A stretch of 64,000 nt of DNA from Sulfurospirillaceae bacterium (GCA_033723415.1 JAWVXD010000002.1:192001-256000); one strand, 5' to 3'; positions 1 through 11,320 are shown, counted from the stretch's first letter. Notes: generated from the sequence alone by a model not told the origin. Translations and numbers: made by a program.

Positions 1-510
1 AAAAAAACTTTAGTTTCAAAACATATCAGCATATCAGAGGAAAATAAAAGGGAAGGCTATGACCATGGTGTTTGGTCTCCTTTAAGTTTGATGTATCATG
101 ATGCAGATATACCTATTATCCAGCTCTCATTGCCAGCAGACTATAACATAGATCAACTGATGCAGCTAGGCATCGCTTTGCAAGAGTTCAGAGATGATTC
201 TCTTATCATAACAAGCGGCAATCTGACACATGATCTAAGAGGCTCTATCTGGGATGAAGATGCACCTATAGCAAGTTATGCAAAATATTTTCGAGAAAAT
301 GTAGTTGAACTACTAGAAAAAGGGGATATTTCATCATTGATAGAATTCATCTCCACAGATCAAAGCACAAAAGCAAATCATCCCACACTTGAGCATCTAT
401 TGCCAATCTTTATCTCTATCGGAGCATCGATAGAAAAGATTGGGAAAGCTTATAACAATATCTATATGTATGCTAACCAAGCAATGGATACTATCATCTT
501 CAACACTTGA
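1..510 (+). CDS. DODA/YgiD-type extradiol ring-cleavage dioxygenase (LigB family), 5' end outside the window
   Basis: Frame 1 is open from base 1 and reads ...EGYDHGVWSPLSLMY..ADIPIIQLSL, then SGNLTHDL and HPTLEHLLP, the motifs of this family. Confidence 0.85.
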   Translation, partial: KKTLVSKHISISEENKREGYDHGVWSPLSLMYHDADIPIIQLSLPADYNIDQLMQLGIALQEFRDDSLIITSGNLTHDLRGSIWDEDAPIASYAKYFRENVVELLEKGDISSLIEFISTDQSTKANHPTLEHLLPIFISIGASIEKIGKAYNNIYMYANQAMDTIIFNT

Positions 511-525
511 TCTCTTCATTTGATT

Positions 526-1746
526 TTATTGATACCTTAGTGCCTCTATCGGCTCTAAATTTGAAGCTTTATGTGCCGGATAAAAGCCAAAAAACACTCC
601 CACGCTTGAGGCAACTAAAAATGATACAATAATAGAGTTTTGGGTTATCATGATGCTTAAGCCAAAAAACTTCATGACCACAAAAGACCCTCCGATGCCG
701 ACACCGACACCTATCAAACACCCTATGACCGAGATCATCAATGCTTCGAGCAGGAATTGAAGTAGGATATCTCTTTGTTTCGCTCCTATGGCGATTCGTA
801 TCCCTATCTCTCTTGTTCGCTCCGTCACTGAAACAAGCATAATATTCATAATCCCAATCCCTCCTACCAACAAAGATATAGAAGCGATAGCCGCTAACAT
901 TAATGACATAGATTTTGTTGCTTCTTGTGCTGTTTTTGCCAAGGCTGTTAGATTTCGTATCGTAAAATCATCGTCTGCATTGCTTCTGAGTCGATGCCTT
1001 TGACGAAGAATGATTGACATCTCTTTTTCAACGGAAGGCATAATTTGCTCTGAAGTTGCTTGTGCCATGATATATCTCACTCTGTCTTTAAATCTGCTGC
1101 CAAATAATTTTGTTTGTGCGGTCGTGATAGGAATGATAGCCGTATCGTCTTGATCTCTGCCGTCCAGACTCTGACCTTTTTTTGATAAAACCCCTAAAAC
1201 GATATAAGGACTTTGTTTAATACGTATCATCTTGCCTATAGGATCTTCGCTTCCAAACAAATTATCTACAACGGTTTGTCCGAGTATAACAACTTTTGTT
1301 GCCCCTCTAATATCTGAATTTGTAAAAGAGTAGCCTTGAGATATACTCCAATCCCTGACTTGTAAAAATGAAGGTGTCGTACCGATGATCATCGTATTCC
1401 AGTTTTGTGAGTGATAAACCATCTGTGCCGTCCTTGAGGTTACCGGGGCGACAGCCGATATACCTTCGATCTCTTCCATAGCAGTTGCATCGCCTACTAC
1501 CAAAGTATGAACACCGCCGCTTCCCATACGAACACCGCCTGAAGTAGTAGAACCTGCCAGTATTATAAAAAGGTTACTTCCCATCGAGGCAATCGAGGCT
1601 CTGACCGATGCCTGCGTCCCTTCTCCTATAGCAGACATCAATATTACAGCCCCCACACCAATGATCATACCAAGCATCGTGAGAAACGTTCGGAGTCTAT
1701 TGGCTCCCATAGCCCTCCAAGCTTCAAAAAGCATCGATAACATCAT
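526..1746 (-). CDS. MacB/FtsX-type ABC transporter permease
   Basis: RTFLTMLGMIIGV N-terminus, periplasmic domain, GGIGIMNIMLVSVTERTREIGIR motif and PIEALRY end. Confidence 0.9.
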   Translation of the reverse strand: MMLSMLFEAWRAMGANRLRTFLTMLGMIIGVGAVILMSAIGEGTQASVRASIASMGSNLFIILAGSTTSGGVRMGSGGVHTLVVGDATAMEEIEGISAVAPVTSRTAQMVYHSQNWNTMIIGTTPSFLQVRDWSISQGYSFTNSDIRGATKVVILGQTVVDNLFGSEDPIGKMIRIKQSPYIVLGVLSKKGQSLDGRDQDDTAIIPITTAQTKLFGSRFKDRVRYIMAQATSEQIMPSVEKEMSIILRQRHRLRSNADDDFTIRNLTALAKTAQEATKSMSLMLAAIASISLLVGGIGIMNIMLVSVTERTREIGIRIAIGAKQRDILLQFLLEALMISVIGCLIGVGVGIGGSFVVMKFFGLSIMITQNSIIVSFLVASSVGVFFGFYPAHKASNLEPIEALRYQ

Positions 1747-2456
1747 GACAATATCTCCATTATATCTCTAACTAAGCCGTCATGTTGAATCTTTCCATCT
1801 TTAAAATGTATCAACCTTTTTGCATATCTTGCGATATCTTCCTCGTGCGTTACTATAATTATAGTGATCCCGTCTCGATCGTTTAATTCTTGAAACAATT
1901 GCATGATCTCTTGAGATGTCGTAGTATCAAGGTTTCCTGTAGGTTCATCTGCCAATATAAGTTTGGGATTATGGACCAGTGCTCTGGCAATTGCGACTCT
2001 TTGTTGTTGTCCTCCGGATATATGACTCGGTAGATAATTTTCAAAAGTTTCTAATCCGACACTTTTTAAAACCTCTTTTGCGCGTTTTTTTCTATCTCTC
2101 AAATCATATCCGGCATACACTAAAGGAAGCGATACATTGTCTATAAGATTCTTTCTAGGCAATAAATTGAACCCTTGGAAAACAAATCCGATAACACTGT
2201 TTCGAAGTTCTGCCAGCTCATTTTTATTGAGTTTTGTGGTATCAAGACCATTCAAAAGATACCCTCCGCTTGTAGGCTTATCTAAGCATCCCAATATATT
2301 CATGAATGTTGATTTCCCTCCACCGGAAGATCCCATTATAGCAACAAACTCACCATTATCTATGGTAACGTTTATATCTCGTAAGACCGGTACTTCGCCA
2401 GCTTCTGTATAATAATTTTTTACTAAATTTGAAACTTCAATAATATGCTGCATCAA
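1743..2456 (-). CDS. MacB/LolD-type ABC transporter ATP-binding subunit
   Basis: Walker A GSSGGGKST, signature ISGGQQQRVAIARAL, ILADEPTGNLD, VTHE. Confidence 0.92.
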   Translation of the reverse strand: MMQHIIEVSNLVKNYYTEAGEVPVLRDINVTIDNGEFVAIMGSSGGGKSTFMNILGCLDKPTSGGYLLNGLDTTKLNKNELAELRNSVIGFVFQGFNLLPRKNLIDNVSLPLVYAGYDLRDRKKRAKEVLKSVGLETFENYLPSHISGGQQQRVAIARALVHNPKLILADEPTGNLDTTTSQEIMQLFQELNDRDGITIIIVTHEEDIARYAKRLIHFKDGKIQHDGLVRDIMEILS

Positions 2457-3622
2457 AATAACTTACCTAATGTTTTTGTTTTTTTTTCGCTGATCTCGTT
2501 TTCACCTGCAATAATTTTATCCCCTACTTTTAGCTTATCTGTTGTAATTTGAGAAAATCTATTGTCCGTTATACCAACTTTTATATTTATTGCTTTTGGA
2601 GTGCCGTTTTCTAAAATATATACGGTCTTAAAGCTGCTGCTGTCTTGTGTTTTCTTTCTTTTTTTACTTGTTTGCGTCGATGTTTTTGTAGCTTCAACAC
2701 TTAGCCCTCTAGGCCTATACCGTAAAATAGAATTTGGTATCAATAATACGTCTTTTTTCGTTGCGATGATGATGCTGACATACGCTGTGATACCGGGTAT
2801 CAGTATTTCATCTGGATTATTCACTTCAACGACAACATCATAAGTTACGACATTTTCAGTAGTGATAGCATTCAACCGTACCTGCTTTACTTTCCCCTCA
2901 AAAGACATATTTGGAAATGCATCCACGGAAAACTTTACACGTTGCCCGACTTTGATCTGTCCTATATCTGCCTCGGCAAAACTGGTATCTATCTGCATTT
3001 TTCTTAGATCTTGAGCTATCTTAAAAAGAATCGGAGCCTGCAGACTTGCAGCGACTGTTTGTCCCACATCTATGGCTCTATCTATCACTACTCCGGCAAC
3101 TGGTGATCTGATGACCGTATATTCTTGGTTTATTTTGTCTTTTTTATGTTGAGCTATGGCTAAATCCAAACTTGCTTTTGCTGACTCTAAAGATTGCGTT
3201 GACGTATCTAACTCTTGCTTTGAGATGAACTCTTTTGCAAACAATTCCTGCGCTCTTTTATTATTGGCTTTTGCCAAATTCAAAACAGCTTTTGCATTTG
3301 CAACATTGGCACTGCTTTGTGCGACTTGTGCATCAAACAAAGAACTGTCAAGTTCTGCTAGTATTTGTCCTTGTTTCACTTTATCGTTAAAATCTACGTA
3401 CAGTTTGGAGACTCTACCGGAAACTTGACTTCCGACACTTACCAAAACGATAGGATTTAAAGTACCGTTTGCAGTCACACTTTGCGTAACATCTCCTTTT
3501 GTTAAAGTATAAAATTTATATTTTTCTCCGATTGGTATCTGATTAGCATTTTGCCACCAAAAATACCCACCGCCACACAAAAGGATGAGAATAATCGACA
3601 AAAATAGTTTTTTAAAATTCAT
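2453..3622 (-). CDS. MacA-like periplasmic adaptor (membrane fusion protein)
   Basis: N-terminal TM, VGSQVSG..V.KGQ.LA.LD lipoyl half, IRSPVAGVV, GQTVAASLQAP.LF. Confidence 0.9.
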   Translation of the reverse strand: MNFKKLFLSIILILLCGGGYFWWQNANQIPIGEKYKFYTLTKGDVTQSVTANGTLNPIVLVSVGSQVSGRVSKLYVDFNDKVKQGQILAELDSSLFDAQVAQSSANVANAKAVLNLAKANNKRAQELFAKEFISKQELDTSTQSLESAKASLDLAIAQHKKDKINQEYTVIRSPVAGVVIDRAIDVGQTVAASLQAPILFKIAQDLRKMQIDTSFAEADIGQIKVGQRVKFSVDAFPNMSFEGKVKQVRLNAITTENVVTYDVVVEVNNPDEILIPGITAYVSIIIATKKDVLLIPNSILRYRPRGLSVEATKTSTQTSKKRKKTQDSSSFKTVYILENGTPKAINIKVGITDNRFSQITTDKLKVGDKIIAGENEISEKKTKTLGKLF

Positions 3623-3624
3623 TA

Positions 3625-4926
3625 TTATAATCCTTTAATATTATCAAAGTTTAGAGAACCTATTGCTCTTGCAAAATCTGCTTTTATTATATACCAGCCA
3701 TATAGTGCTTGTATGTACTGCTGCCTTGCACTTGAGAGCAAACTTTGGGCATTTAACAGATCGAGTATCGTGCCGACTCCTGCTTTATATCTTCCAAATG
3801 AGAGTTCATATGAGGCTTTTGCACTTTCCAATAAATCTTGACTTGCCAAAACAGCCTGTATCTGAGTCAACAAAGATTGATAGGTCTTATAAACTTCCAA
3901 ACTTGCATCAAGAGAGAGTTTTTTATACTCTGCTTCTCCGATCAATACTTGTTGTCTTGCGGCTTGTTTCTCATATTTTGTTGCATAACCGTCAAAAATA
4001 GGTATTTTTACATACAAACCTATATTTGAGTTTTTATAAGAAGAGGATAATGATGAGTCGGTATATCCAATTCCCGAAGTTATGGAAAATGTCGGCTTAT
4101 CTCCTGTCGCTGCTATTTTTTCGCTAGCCTTTAAAGCCTCTATTTTAGCTCCGGCGGCTAAAATATCCGGACGGATTTTTTTTATCTCTGCCATAAGTTT
4201 GCGTATGTTTTGTCCAACAATATTCATATCAGGATGGAGAGATGGAGGGATTAGATTTAAATTTGTATCAGGGCTTAGTCCCAGTGATGAAGACAGATCC
4301 CCTTTTGCATTTTCTATGTTACCTTTGGCTTTAACGCTGTCTAAAACAGCTTGAGAATGTACTGTTCTAGCCTGTAATACATCAGCTTTTGTAGTTGTTC
4401 CTATTTGATAACGTGTCTTTGCAGCATTTAGATTCTCTAATGCAAATCTTTCTGCTTCTTTTGTGGCATCATACGATGCTTGCGCGCCAAAAAATAAATA
4501 ATATGCTTGAAGAGTAGAGAAAAAAACACTTTGAATCGTACTATTTTGTGAAAAAAATGCTGCGTCTAAAAGGTACTGAGCATTTTGAACGGTTGCATCT
4601 CTTTTCCCAAAATCATACAATAGATATGAAAATGTTATATTTATATTGCTTGAGCTTCCAGTAGGATTACCGCTTTGCTGTGCAATAGCAGTTGAAGCAC
4701 TTGCACTGACTGTCGGGAAAGACGAGGATTTACTTACTCCAAGCAAGGATTTTTGATATAGTAGCGAAGCCCATGCTATTCTGGTTTTAGGATTATTGCA
4801 AAGTGCTATTTTTACAACTTGCTCTAAACTAAGAGGCTGCCTTAGATCAGGTAGTTTGCAAGGATCTGTGATACTTCCAAATGCAAAACTTACGATGAAA
4901 AAGGCTGTTAAAATACAAACCCTCAT
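3625..4926 (-). CDS. TolC-family outer membrane efflux protein
   Basis: Signal peptide, duplicated OEP repeats (RYQIGTTTKADVLQA; RYKAGVGTILDLLNAQ), first gene of the macA/macB-like operon. Confidence 0.88.
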   Translation of the reverse strand: MRVCILTAFFIVSFAFGSITDPCKLPDLRQPLSLEQVVKIALCNNPKTRIAWASLLYQKSLLGVSKSSSFPTVSASASTAIAQQSGNPTGSSSNINITFSYLLYDFGKRDATVQNAQYLLDAAFFSQNSTIQSVFFSTLQAYYLFFGAQASYDATKEAERFALENLNAAKTRYQIGTTTKADVLQARTVHSQAVLDSVKAKGNIENAKGDLSSSLGLSPDTNLNLIPPSLHPDMNIVGQNIRKLMAEIKKIRPDILAAGAKIEALKASEKIAATGDKPTFSITSGIGYTDSSLSSSYKNSNIGLYVKIPIFDGYATKYEKQAARQQVLIGEAEYKKLSLDASLEVYKTYQSLLTQIQAVLASQDLLESAKASYELSFGRYKAGVGTILDLLNAQSLLSSARQQYIQALYGWYIIKADFARAIGSLNFDNIKGL

Positions 4927-5076
4927 GACGACCTTCTAATGAGAAATAAACTAATTATACAACCATTTCTATTTACAAATCAGTAACAAACCTTAAATAA
5001 TAAAATAAGTATATTGTTTTCAAATATATTTATTTTATTAAAGGTAAAATTTGTTTTTTAAAAGGTGGTTGTGTAG

Positions 5077-6978
5077 ATGAAATTGGGATTTAGAAATAAA
5101 ATTTATGTATCTGTCGGCGCTATATTGGTCTTAAGCTTATTGGCAAGTAACATATTAAGCTATCAAGCTTCAAAAAACTTAATGAAAGAGAAGATAGGAA
5201 CGATTTTAAAAGATCTTGTTACTTCAAACTCTTTAGCGATAAGCGATGCGATCTCTTTCAAACATAAAGTGCTTATCAATGTATCTAAGGGTCTAACCAA
5301 TCCTGACAACAGATCTGACAGCTATCTTCTAAAAAGATTTCGAAGCTTTCAGAAGATAATGCAGGCTAGTGATGTTTATATGGGATTTGAAGAAGACGGT
5401 AGATTTGTCAGTTCTTCATTGGAAAAATTGAAAAATGATGGAGATCCTAGAAAACAAGATTGGTATAAAAAAGCAAAAGCTCTTGGTCATGACGCTATAT
5501 CTGACATTTATATAAATGACACTACAAGAAAAAAATCATATGCATATTTAGTGAGAATGGGAAGCGACAGCTCAAAATTTGTAGGCGTTTTAGCAGCGGT
5601 AAATAATTTTTCAGATATCGAAAACACCGTCAAGAAGATCAAAGTCAAAGGCGGCTACCCTTATATGCTTGATGAAAACGGGAAAATTATAGCTTATCCG
5701 CAACAATTTGATTCAAAAGAGAAATTACAATCTCTTCAAAAATCTTTATCAAACGTCAAAGAAACTATTTTAAAAGAGAAAAATGGCATCTTAGAGTACA
5801 AGTTTAACGGCAGCAATAAGATCATAGCTTTTGATACTATTAACCAAACAGGTTGGAAACTCGTGATCTCAACCACTGCAAAAGAAGCTTATAAAGAAAT
5901 AGACAGCCAATTTATCAAAAATATTCTAATAACTTTAGGCTTCACTATATTTGGTTCGATCCTGATGATATTGATCCTTAAAAAACTTTTTATCCCTATC
6001 ACAAAGCTTAAAGATATGGTTACAGAACTTGCGACAAAAGATGCAGATCTGACTTCAAGAATAGTTACGTCCGGTGAAGACGTAATCGCTCAAACAGGAC
6101 AGGGCATCAATCTCTTTGTAGAAAAAATGCAAAATCTACTCAGAGAAACAAAAGAAAGCAGTCAAGAGAATTTAATTATTTCAGACAAACTAAGCAGTAC
6201 ATCTTTAGAAGTCGGAAAAAGAGTAAAAGATGAAAGTCAATCTATAAGTAAGATAAGCGAGAGCGGAAATGCTATACACTCGAATCTCACAAACTCTTTA
6301 GGAGATGCAAAACAAGCAAGCGAATATTTAGAAACATCTAATAAAGTGCTTCTAGAGATAAAGGAAGGCATCCAGAATTTATATGAAAAACTAAATGCAA
6401 CTTCGGCAAAAGATGTAGAACTAGCTCAAAAATTACAACAAACAAGTCAAAATACAAAAGAGATAAAAGAGGTTTTAAGTGTCATCAACGATATAGCAGA
6501 TCAAACAAATCTTTTAGCTTTAAATGCTGCGATTGAAGCAGCACGTGCAGGTGAACATGGGAGAGGATTTGCTGTTGTTGCAGACGAAGTGCGAAAATTA
6601 GCTGAAAAGACTCAAAAATCATTGGTTGAAATCAACTCTACTATCAATGTAGTCGTCCAATCCGTCCAGGAAGCAAGCCAAGAGATGAATGATTCATCAC
6701 AAGAGATCATGGAAATATCCAAAAACGGAGAAGATCTAAATAAGAATGTAGAAAAAACCGTCAGCAGTATGCATGAAACTACAAAGATCACTCAAAATAC
6801 GATCAAAGAATATATAAATACAGCAAGTCAAATCGAAGAAATAGTAAAAGACCTGACACATATAGACAGTTTATCAAACATCAATTCACAAAGTGTAGAA
6901 GAGTTAGCCGACTCCAGTGAGCATCTAAATTCTTTGACAAAAAAATTAAACAATGAACTCAAAAAGTATAATACCTGA
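5077..6978 (+). CDS. Methyl-accepting chemotaxis protein (TM-dCache-TM-HAMP-MA)
   Basis: [38 protein letters not shown] signalling tip; two TMs flanking a Cache-like domain. Confidence 0.95.
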   Translation: MKLGFRNKIYVSVGAILVLSLLASNILSYQASKNLMKEKIGTILKDLVTSNSLAISDAISFKHKVLINVSKGLTNPDNRSDSYLLKRFRSFQKIMQASDVYMGFEEDGRFVSSSLEKLKNDGDPRKQDWYKKAKALGHDAISDIYINDTTRKKSYAYLVRMGSDSSKFVGVLAAVNNFSDIENTVKKIKVKGGYPYMLDENGKIIAYPQQFDSKEKLQSLQKSLSNVKETILKEKNGILEYKFNGSNKIIAFDTINQTGWKLVISTTAKEAYKEIDSQFIKNILITLGFTIFGSILMILILKKLFIPITKLKDMVTELATKDADLTSRIVTSGEDVIAQTGQGINLFVEKMQNLLRETKESSQENLIISDKLSSTSLEVGKRVKDESQSISKISESGNAIHSNLTNSLGDAKQASEYLETSNKVLLEIKEGIQNLYEKLNATSAKDVELAQKLQQTSQNTKEIKEVLSVINDIADQTNLLALNAAIEAARAGEHGRGFAVVADEVRKLAEKTQKSLVEINSTINVVVQSVQEASQEMNDSSQEIMEISKNGEDLNKNVEKTVSSMHETTKITQNTIKEYINTASQIEEIVKDLTHIDSLSNINSQSVEELADSSEHLNSLTKKLNNELKKYNT

Positions 6979-6991
6979 TATTTAATACTCC

Positions 6992-7034
6992 GCAAGATTT
7001 ATGTCCAATATAATATACAGAACATAAATCTTGC
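6992..7034 (+). terminator. Stem-loop after the MCP gene, probable terminator
   Basis: Perfect 13-bp inverted repeat GCAAGATTTATGT / ACATAAATCTTGC just after the stop; no strong U-tract. Confidence 0.55.
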
Positions 7035-7113
7035 ACAAACTTCCAAATAATTAATCAACCCTTTATCTCATTTAATATAAGATTGCTTTCCGACTAAAAA
7101 ATTTGGAGTTTAT

Positions 7114-8328
7114 TTGAAGAAAACAGCACTAATAAGATTTTTTACCTCTAAAGTTGCACTTTTATATATGATATCTATAGCATCTATCATCGCATTTTCA
7201 GCGTGGATGTCGCTTTTAAACAATTTTGTTGTAGAAGCTGCTTCGTTTAACGGTAAACAAATAGGAATACTTCAAAGTCTCAGAGAGATTCCGGGTCTTA
7301 TGGCTTTTAGCGTCATGCTCGTTTTGATATTTATAAATCAACAAAGACTAGTATACATATCTATGATTTTATTAGGACTTGGTACGGCATTGACCGGTTT
7401 TTTCCCAACTCCTGCGGGACTTTATATTACTACTGTCATCATGTCTTTTGGATTTCACTATCTTGAAACTTTAAATCAATCTCTAAGTCTGCAATGGTTG
7501 GATAAAAAAACTGCACCGATCACGCTAGGAAAGATCAGTGCCGTTAGATCCTTTATTGGTTTATTTGTTTTTATACTCATCTATTCACTTATGAAATATC
7601 TCAAGGTAGACTACAAATATGTATATCTTATCTTCGGAACGACCACTGTTCTCATCGGTATTTTATCTTGGATATTGTTTACGCACTTCAAAGAAACCGT
7701 TATCCAAGAAAAAAAGATAAGACTAAAAAAAGAGTATTGGTTATTTTATATTCTAACATTTTTTGCAGGGGCAAGAAGACAAATATTTGTAGTTTTTGCC
7801 GGATTTTTGCTTGTTAAAAAATTTGATGTAGATATCGACAATATGATAATCTTACTGTTTATAAACTCTATTTTAACCATGTATCTAGCGCCAAAAATAG
7901 GTAAAATGATAGTACATTTTGGAGAAAGACTTGCGCTAAGATTAGAATATATCGGACTTATAATAGTATTTGTCTCTTATGCTTATGTGCATAATCTTTA
8001 TGTTATTTTTGCATTATATGCCCTAGACAGCCTGTTGTTTTCTATGGCTATTGCACTAAAGACTTATTTTCAAAAGATAGCAGATCCAAAAGATATGTCA
8101 AGTGCTTCAGCCGTTAGTTTTACGATAAACCATATCGCTGCTGTTTTTCTGCCTGCACTTTTAGGTTTGCTGTGGTTGAACTCATATTCTCTAGTTTTTA
8201 TGATAGGTGCCGGTATAGGCGTTTTATCGTTGATGCTGTCTTTTCTTATACCAAAAGACCCGCAAAGAGATTTTGAAACAATTTTTAAAATAAATACTCA
8301 GGCAGTACCCAATACTATCGAAGGTTGA
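7114..8328 (+). CDS. MFS transporter
   Basis: About 12 hydrophobic segments; LQSLREIPG and GARRQIFVVFAGFLLV motifs of an uncharacterised MFS subfamily. Confidence 0.85.
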   Translation: MKKTALIRFFTSKVALLYMISIASIIAFSAWMSLLNNFVVEAASFNGKQIGILQSLREIPGLMAFSVMLVLIFINQQRLVYISMILLGLGTALTGFFPTPAGLYITTVIMSFGFHYLETLNQSLSLQWLDKKTAPITLGKISAVRSFIGLFVFILIYSLMKYLKVDYKYVYLIFGTTTVLIGILSWILFTHFKETVIQEKKIRLKKEYWLFYILTFFAGARRQIFVVFAGFLLVKKFDVDIDNMIILLFINSILTMYLAPKIGKMIVHFGERLALRLEYIGLIIVFVSYAYVHNLYVIFALYALDSLLFSMAIALKTYFQKIADPKDMSSASAVSFTINHIAAVFLPALLGLLWLNSYSLVFMIGAGIGVLSLMLSFLIPKDPQRDFETIFKINTQAVPNTIEG

Positions 8329-8352
8329 TCTTATGTATGATCAACCTTCGAT
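8317..8352. terminator. Hairpin between convergent MFS and thiM genes, probable bidirectional terminator
   Basis: Perfect 14-bp inverted repeat ATCGAAGGTTGATC-N8-GATCAACCTTCGAT. Confidence 0.65.
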
Positions 8353-8357
8353 CGAGA

Positions 8358-9173
8358 TTATTTATAACTCTCTATTTTACCTATTTGCCTAAATGTCTCA
8401 ACACTCATCATGCCGATTTCATCCATAAGAGATACTTTAAAACTTCCCATCTTATTGATATCATCAAGCTTACTCACGGCTATTTCTCCCGCTATGCTCA
8501 TACTCCATATACCGCTGATCGCACTGACTAAAGCGGAATTTTTTGCTCCCAGAAAACTTCCTATCAAAGAACTTGTCATACAACCTGTACCCGTTACTTT
8601 TGCAAGATTGCTATGTCCATTACTCAAAAGGTAGGTATTTTTTCCATCTGAAACACTATCGACTTTACCTGTAATCGCTACTACACAACCTAGAGTCTTT
8701 GCCAGTTTTTGCGCTACTTTTGGACTTTCATCTTCATCTTCAAGAGAGTCGACTCCGGCACTTTTGGCTTCAAGTCCGGCAACGGTTTTGATCTCGGCCA
8801 TATTTCCACGGATGACGCTAAATTTTACATTTTGCATCAGTTTTTCAACAGATTGAAACCGAAACGGCGTAGCTCCGATACCGACAGGATCTAAGATCAC
8901 GGGTATATTTTTTGCATTTGCTGCTTTACCTGCTATCACCATAGATTCTAGAGTTCTTTCATTGCCCGTTCCTATATTTAAGACGAGTGCTCCACAAAAG
9001 CTTACCATCTGCGCAACTTCTTTTGCTTCATCAGCCATCACTGGACTCGCGCCGATCGCCAAAACTACATTTGCACAATCATTCACAGTCACATAGTTTG
9101 TGATGTGATGCACCAACGGCTTTTCTTTTTTTACATTCTCCAGTGAGAGATTTAACTCTTTTCTAATATCCAT
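8358..9173 (-). CDS. thiM: Hydroxyethylthiazole kinase
   Basis: PLVHHITNYVTVNDCAN, GASPVMA, LDPVG.GAT, IRGN, VTGTGC. Confidence 0.95.
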   Translation of the reverse strand: MDIRKELNLSLENVKKEKPLVHHITNYVTVNDCANVVLAIGASPVMADEAKEVAQMVSFCGALVLNIGTGNERTLESMVIAGKAANAKNIPVILDPVGIGATPFRFQSVEKLMQNVKFSVIRGNMAEIKTVAGLEAKSAGVDSLEDEDESPKVAQKLAKTLGCVVAITGKVDSVSDGKNTYLLSNGHSNLAKVTGTGCMTSSLIGSFLGAKNSALVSAISGIWSMSIAGEIAVSKLDDINKMGSFKVSLMDEIGMMSVETFRQIGKIESYK

Positions 9174-10363
9174 TTTTTCATTCCTTTTTTTGTAATTACA
9201 AAAAGTAAAGCTGTAACCAACATAGTCGGCAGCGTTGAGCCTATGATAAGATCATATGCTATAAACTGGTAATAAGCATACACGCCTATAGCCCAGATGA
9301 TCAGTGAACCTATATGTAAATTTAGGTTTTCTTGAATTGTTTCTTGTTTAAAAAAGAAATAATCGCTAAGCAAAATAGCAAAAAGCGGTGCAAATACTGA
9401 ACCGATCGCGTAGAGAAAGTTCTCATATTCTTCAATCGGAGCGAGTAGTGCTATAACCAAACCGATAAGTCCCATGACAAAAGCCACTTTTCTCTCATTA
9501 AATTTTGGAAATACGTTTAAAAATGTAACGCCTGCAGAGTATGCATCCAAAAACGTTGTCGTAACAGTAGATAACAAAACGATACACAGTGCAAAAAATC
9601 CTAGATGCATTGCTGTCATCATGGCACTGACATCACCGTCTTTTGAATAAAGCGCTACAGCCAAACCGATCGTATACATCAAAGAACTTCCAAGGAAGTA
9701 ACCTATAAAACTTCCAAAAAGACCCGGGCCTTTTTTGGCTGAAAATCTTGTATAATCAGCTATCAACGGAAGCCAGGAAAGCGGCATAATAACGCTCAAC
9801 TCTAAAGCAGAACCAAAACTCATCTTGCCTGTGCCGACACTTGAGAAAACACTGCTTTCCCTAAATACCACAAAACAAAGTAACAAGGTCAAGGCAAATA
9901 GTAAGACCACTGCTATGACATTGAGCTTTTTAAAGCCTTCTTTACCTAAAAGTATCCATAGTGAGATCAAAACACCGATCAACAATGACCACATCATGAT
10001 ATTGTCAAAACCAAACAGCGTTTTACCAAGTTCATTTGCGGCTCGTCCTCCGGAGATAATCATAACAGCCGTCCAACCTATCAACTGCAAAACGTTTAAA
10101 AGAGAAAACAGATATGATCCGTAAGCCCCAAAAGAGATACGCGTACTCATCATGGCAGGCAGTTTGCTCTTTGCCCCGATGACTCCACCCATGATAAGGA
10201 TGATACCTCCTATAAAATGTCCTAACAATATAGCTTTTAATGCTTCACTAAATCCTAATGGAGCTAAAAACCCACCTGTAAATATTTCTGCCAATGATAT
10301 GGCAGCCCCAAACCAAAGGGCAAATAATTGAAACCCACTTAACTTTATACTCTCTTTAATCAT
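9152..10363 (-). CDS. cytX: Putative hydroxymethylpyrimidine transporter (NCS1 family)
   Basis: WFGAAISLAEI, MPLSWLPLIADYTRF, STVTTTFLDAYSAG; lies between thiD and thiM. Confidence 0.88.
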   Translation of the reverse strand: MIKESIKLSGFQLFALWFGAAISLAEIFTGGFLAPLGFSEALKAILLGHFIGGIILIMGGVIGAKSKLPAMMSTRISFGAYGSYLFSLLNVLQLIGWTAVMIISGGRAANELGKTLFGFDNIMMWSLLIGVLISLWILLGKEGFKKLNVIAVVLLFALTLLLCFVVFRESSVFSSVGTGKMSFGSALELSVIMPLSWLPLIADYTRFSAKKGPGLFGSFIGYFLGSSLMYTIGLAVALYSKDGDVSAMMTAMHLGFFALCIVLLSTVTTTFLDAYSAGVTFLNVFPKFNERKVAFVMGLIGLVIALLAPIEEYENFLYAIGSVFAPLFAILLSDYFFFKQETIQENLNLHIGSLIIWAIGVYAYYQFIAYDLIIGSTLPTMLVTALLFVITKKGMKKWILEKS

Positions 10364-11162
10364 TCTTTACTCCTGCTTTTTTATATAGATCATAAAAGTG
10401 ATGCACCGGACCCACACCCTGCCCTATGGCAAATCCTTGTTTGATTGCATCTGTTATATATATTTTTGCCGCATTTACGGCAGTTTCCACGTTCATCCCT
10501 TTTGCTAGATTTGCAGCAATTGCTGAAGAGAGTGTACAGCCTGTGCCATGTGTATTTTGTGTCTTTAGCATCTCACTTTTTAAAAGGTAGAATTTATCTC
10601 CATCATACAGTACATCTGTCGCATTTTCTATGTGCTGACCGCCTTTTATCAAGACATACGAACACCCTAGTTTATGCAGATCAAGTGCAGCTTTTTTCAT
10701 ATCTTCCAGAGTTTTTATCTCATAACCCACGATAACTCCTGCTTCTAGTATGTTTGGTGTGATTATGGTCGCCATCGGAATCAAGATATCAATAAGAGCT
10801 TTTTTTGCTTCCGGTTGAAGTAGATCAAATCCGCTTTTTGAGATCATGACGGGATCCACGACAAGATGAGGAAGTCGGTATTTTTTCAAGGTCTTTGCTA
10901 TAACTTCTATAGTTTCAGGACGAGAAACCATACCTATCTTGACTACATCCACTTTTATATCATCAAAGATTGCTTCTATCTGATGTGCGATAACGGAGGG
11001 GTCTATATCTTGTACGTCAAATACGCCTTGAGTGTTTTGTGCAGTTACTGCTGTTATCACGCTCATCCCAAAAGTGCCATGAGCACTGAAGGTTTTTAGA
11101 TCAGCCTGAATTCCGGCTCCACCGCTACTATCGGAGCCTGCTATCGTTAAGCAATGTTTCAT
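10356..11162 (-). CDS. thiD: Hydroxymethylpyrimidine/phosphomethylpyrimidine kinase
   Basis: LTIAGSDSSGGAGIQADLKTF, VKIGM, VVDPVM, THGTGCTLSSAIAA. Confidence 0.96.
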   Translation of the reverse strand: MKHCLTIAGSDSSGGAGIQADLKTFSAHGTFGMSVITAVTAQNTQGVFDVQDIDPSVIAHQIEAIFDDIKVDVVKIGMVSRPETIEVIAKTLKKYRLPHLVVDPVMISKSGFDLLQPEAKKALIDILIPMATIITPNILEAGVIVGYEIKTLEDMKKAALDLHKLGCSYVLIKGGQHIENATDVLYDGDKFYLLKSEMLKTQNTHGTGCTLSSAIAANLAKGMNVETAVNAAKIYITDAIKQGFAIGQGVGPVHHFYDLYKKAGVKND

Positions 11163-11230
11163 AATCTTCCTTATTTATTGAAGATTAGTGATAAGAGAGA
11201 AAAAGAGGGGTGAGTATTTGTGTCAATTTG

Positions 11231-11320
11231 GCTTTCCTACGCTGGCATTACCCAGATCAGGTCAAGGGTCAAAGAATCACTATTCTTTATCTCAGCCGGT
11301 TTCCCCGGCACTCCTAGCAC
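11231..11320 (-). ncRNA. TPP riboswitch (THI box)
   Basis: Minus strand reads GCTAGGAGTGCC..GGCTGAGA..GACCCTTGACCTGATCTGGGTAATGCCAGCGTAGGAAAGC with all THI-box consensus elements, directly upstream of thiD; TATAAT -10 box at 11340-11345. Confidence 0.96.
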
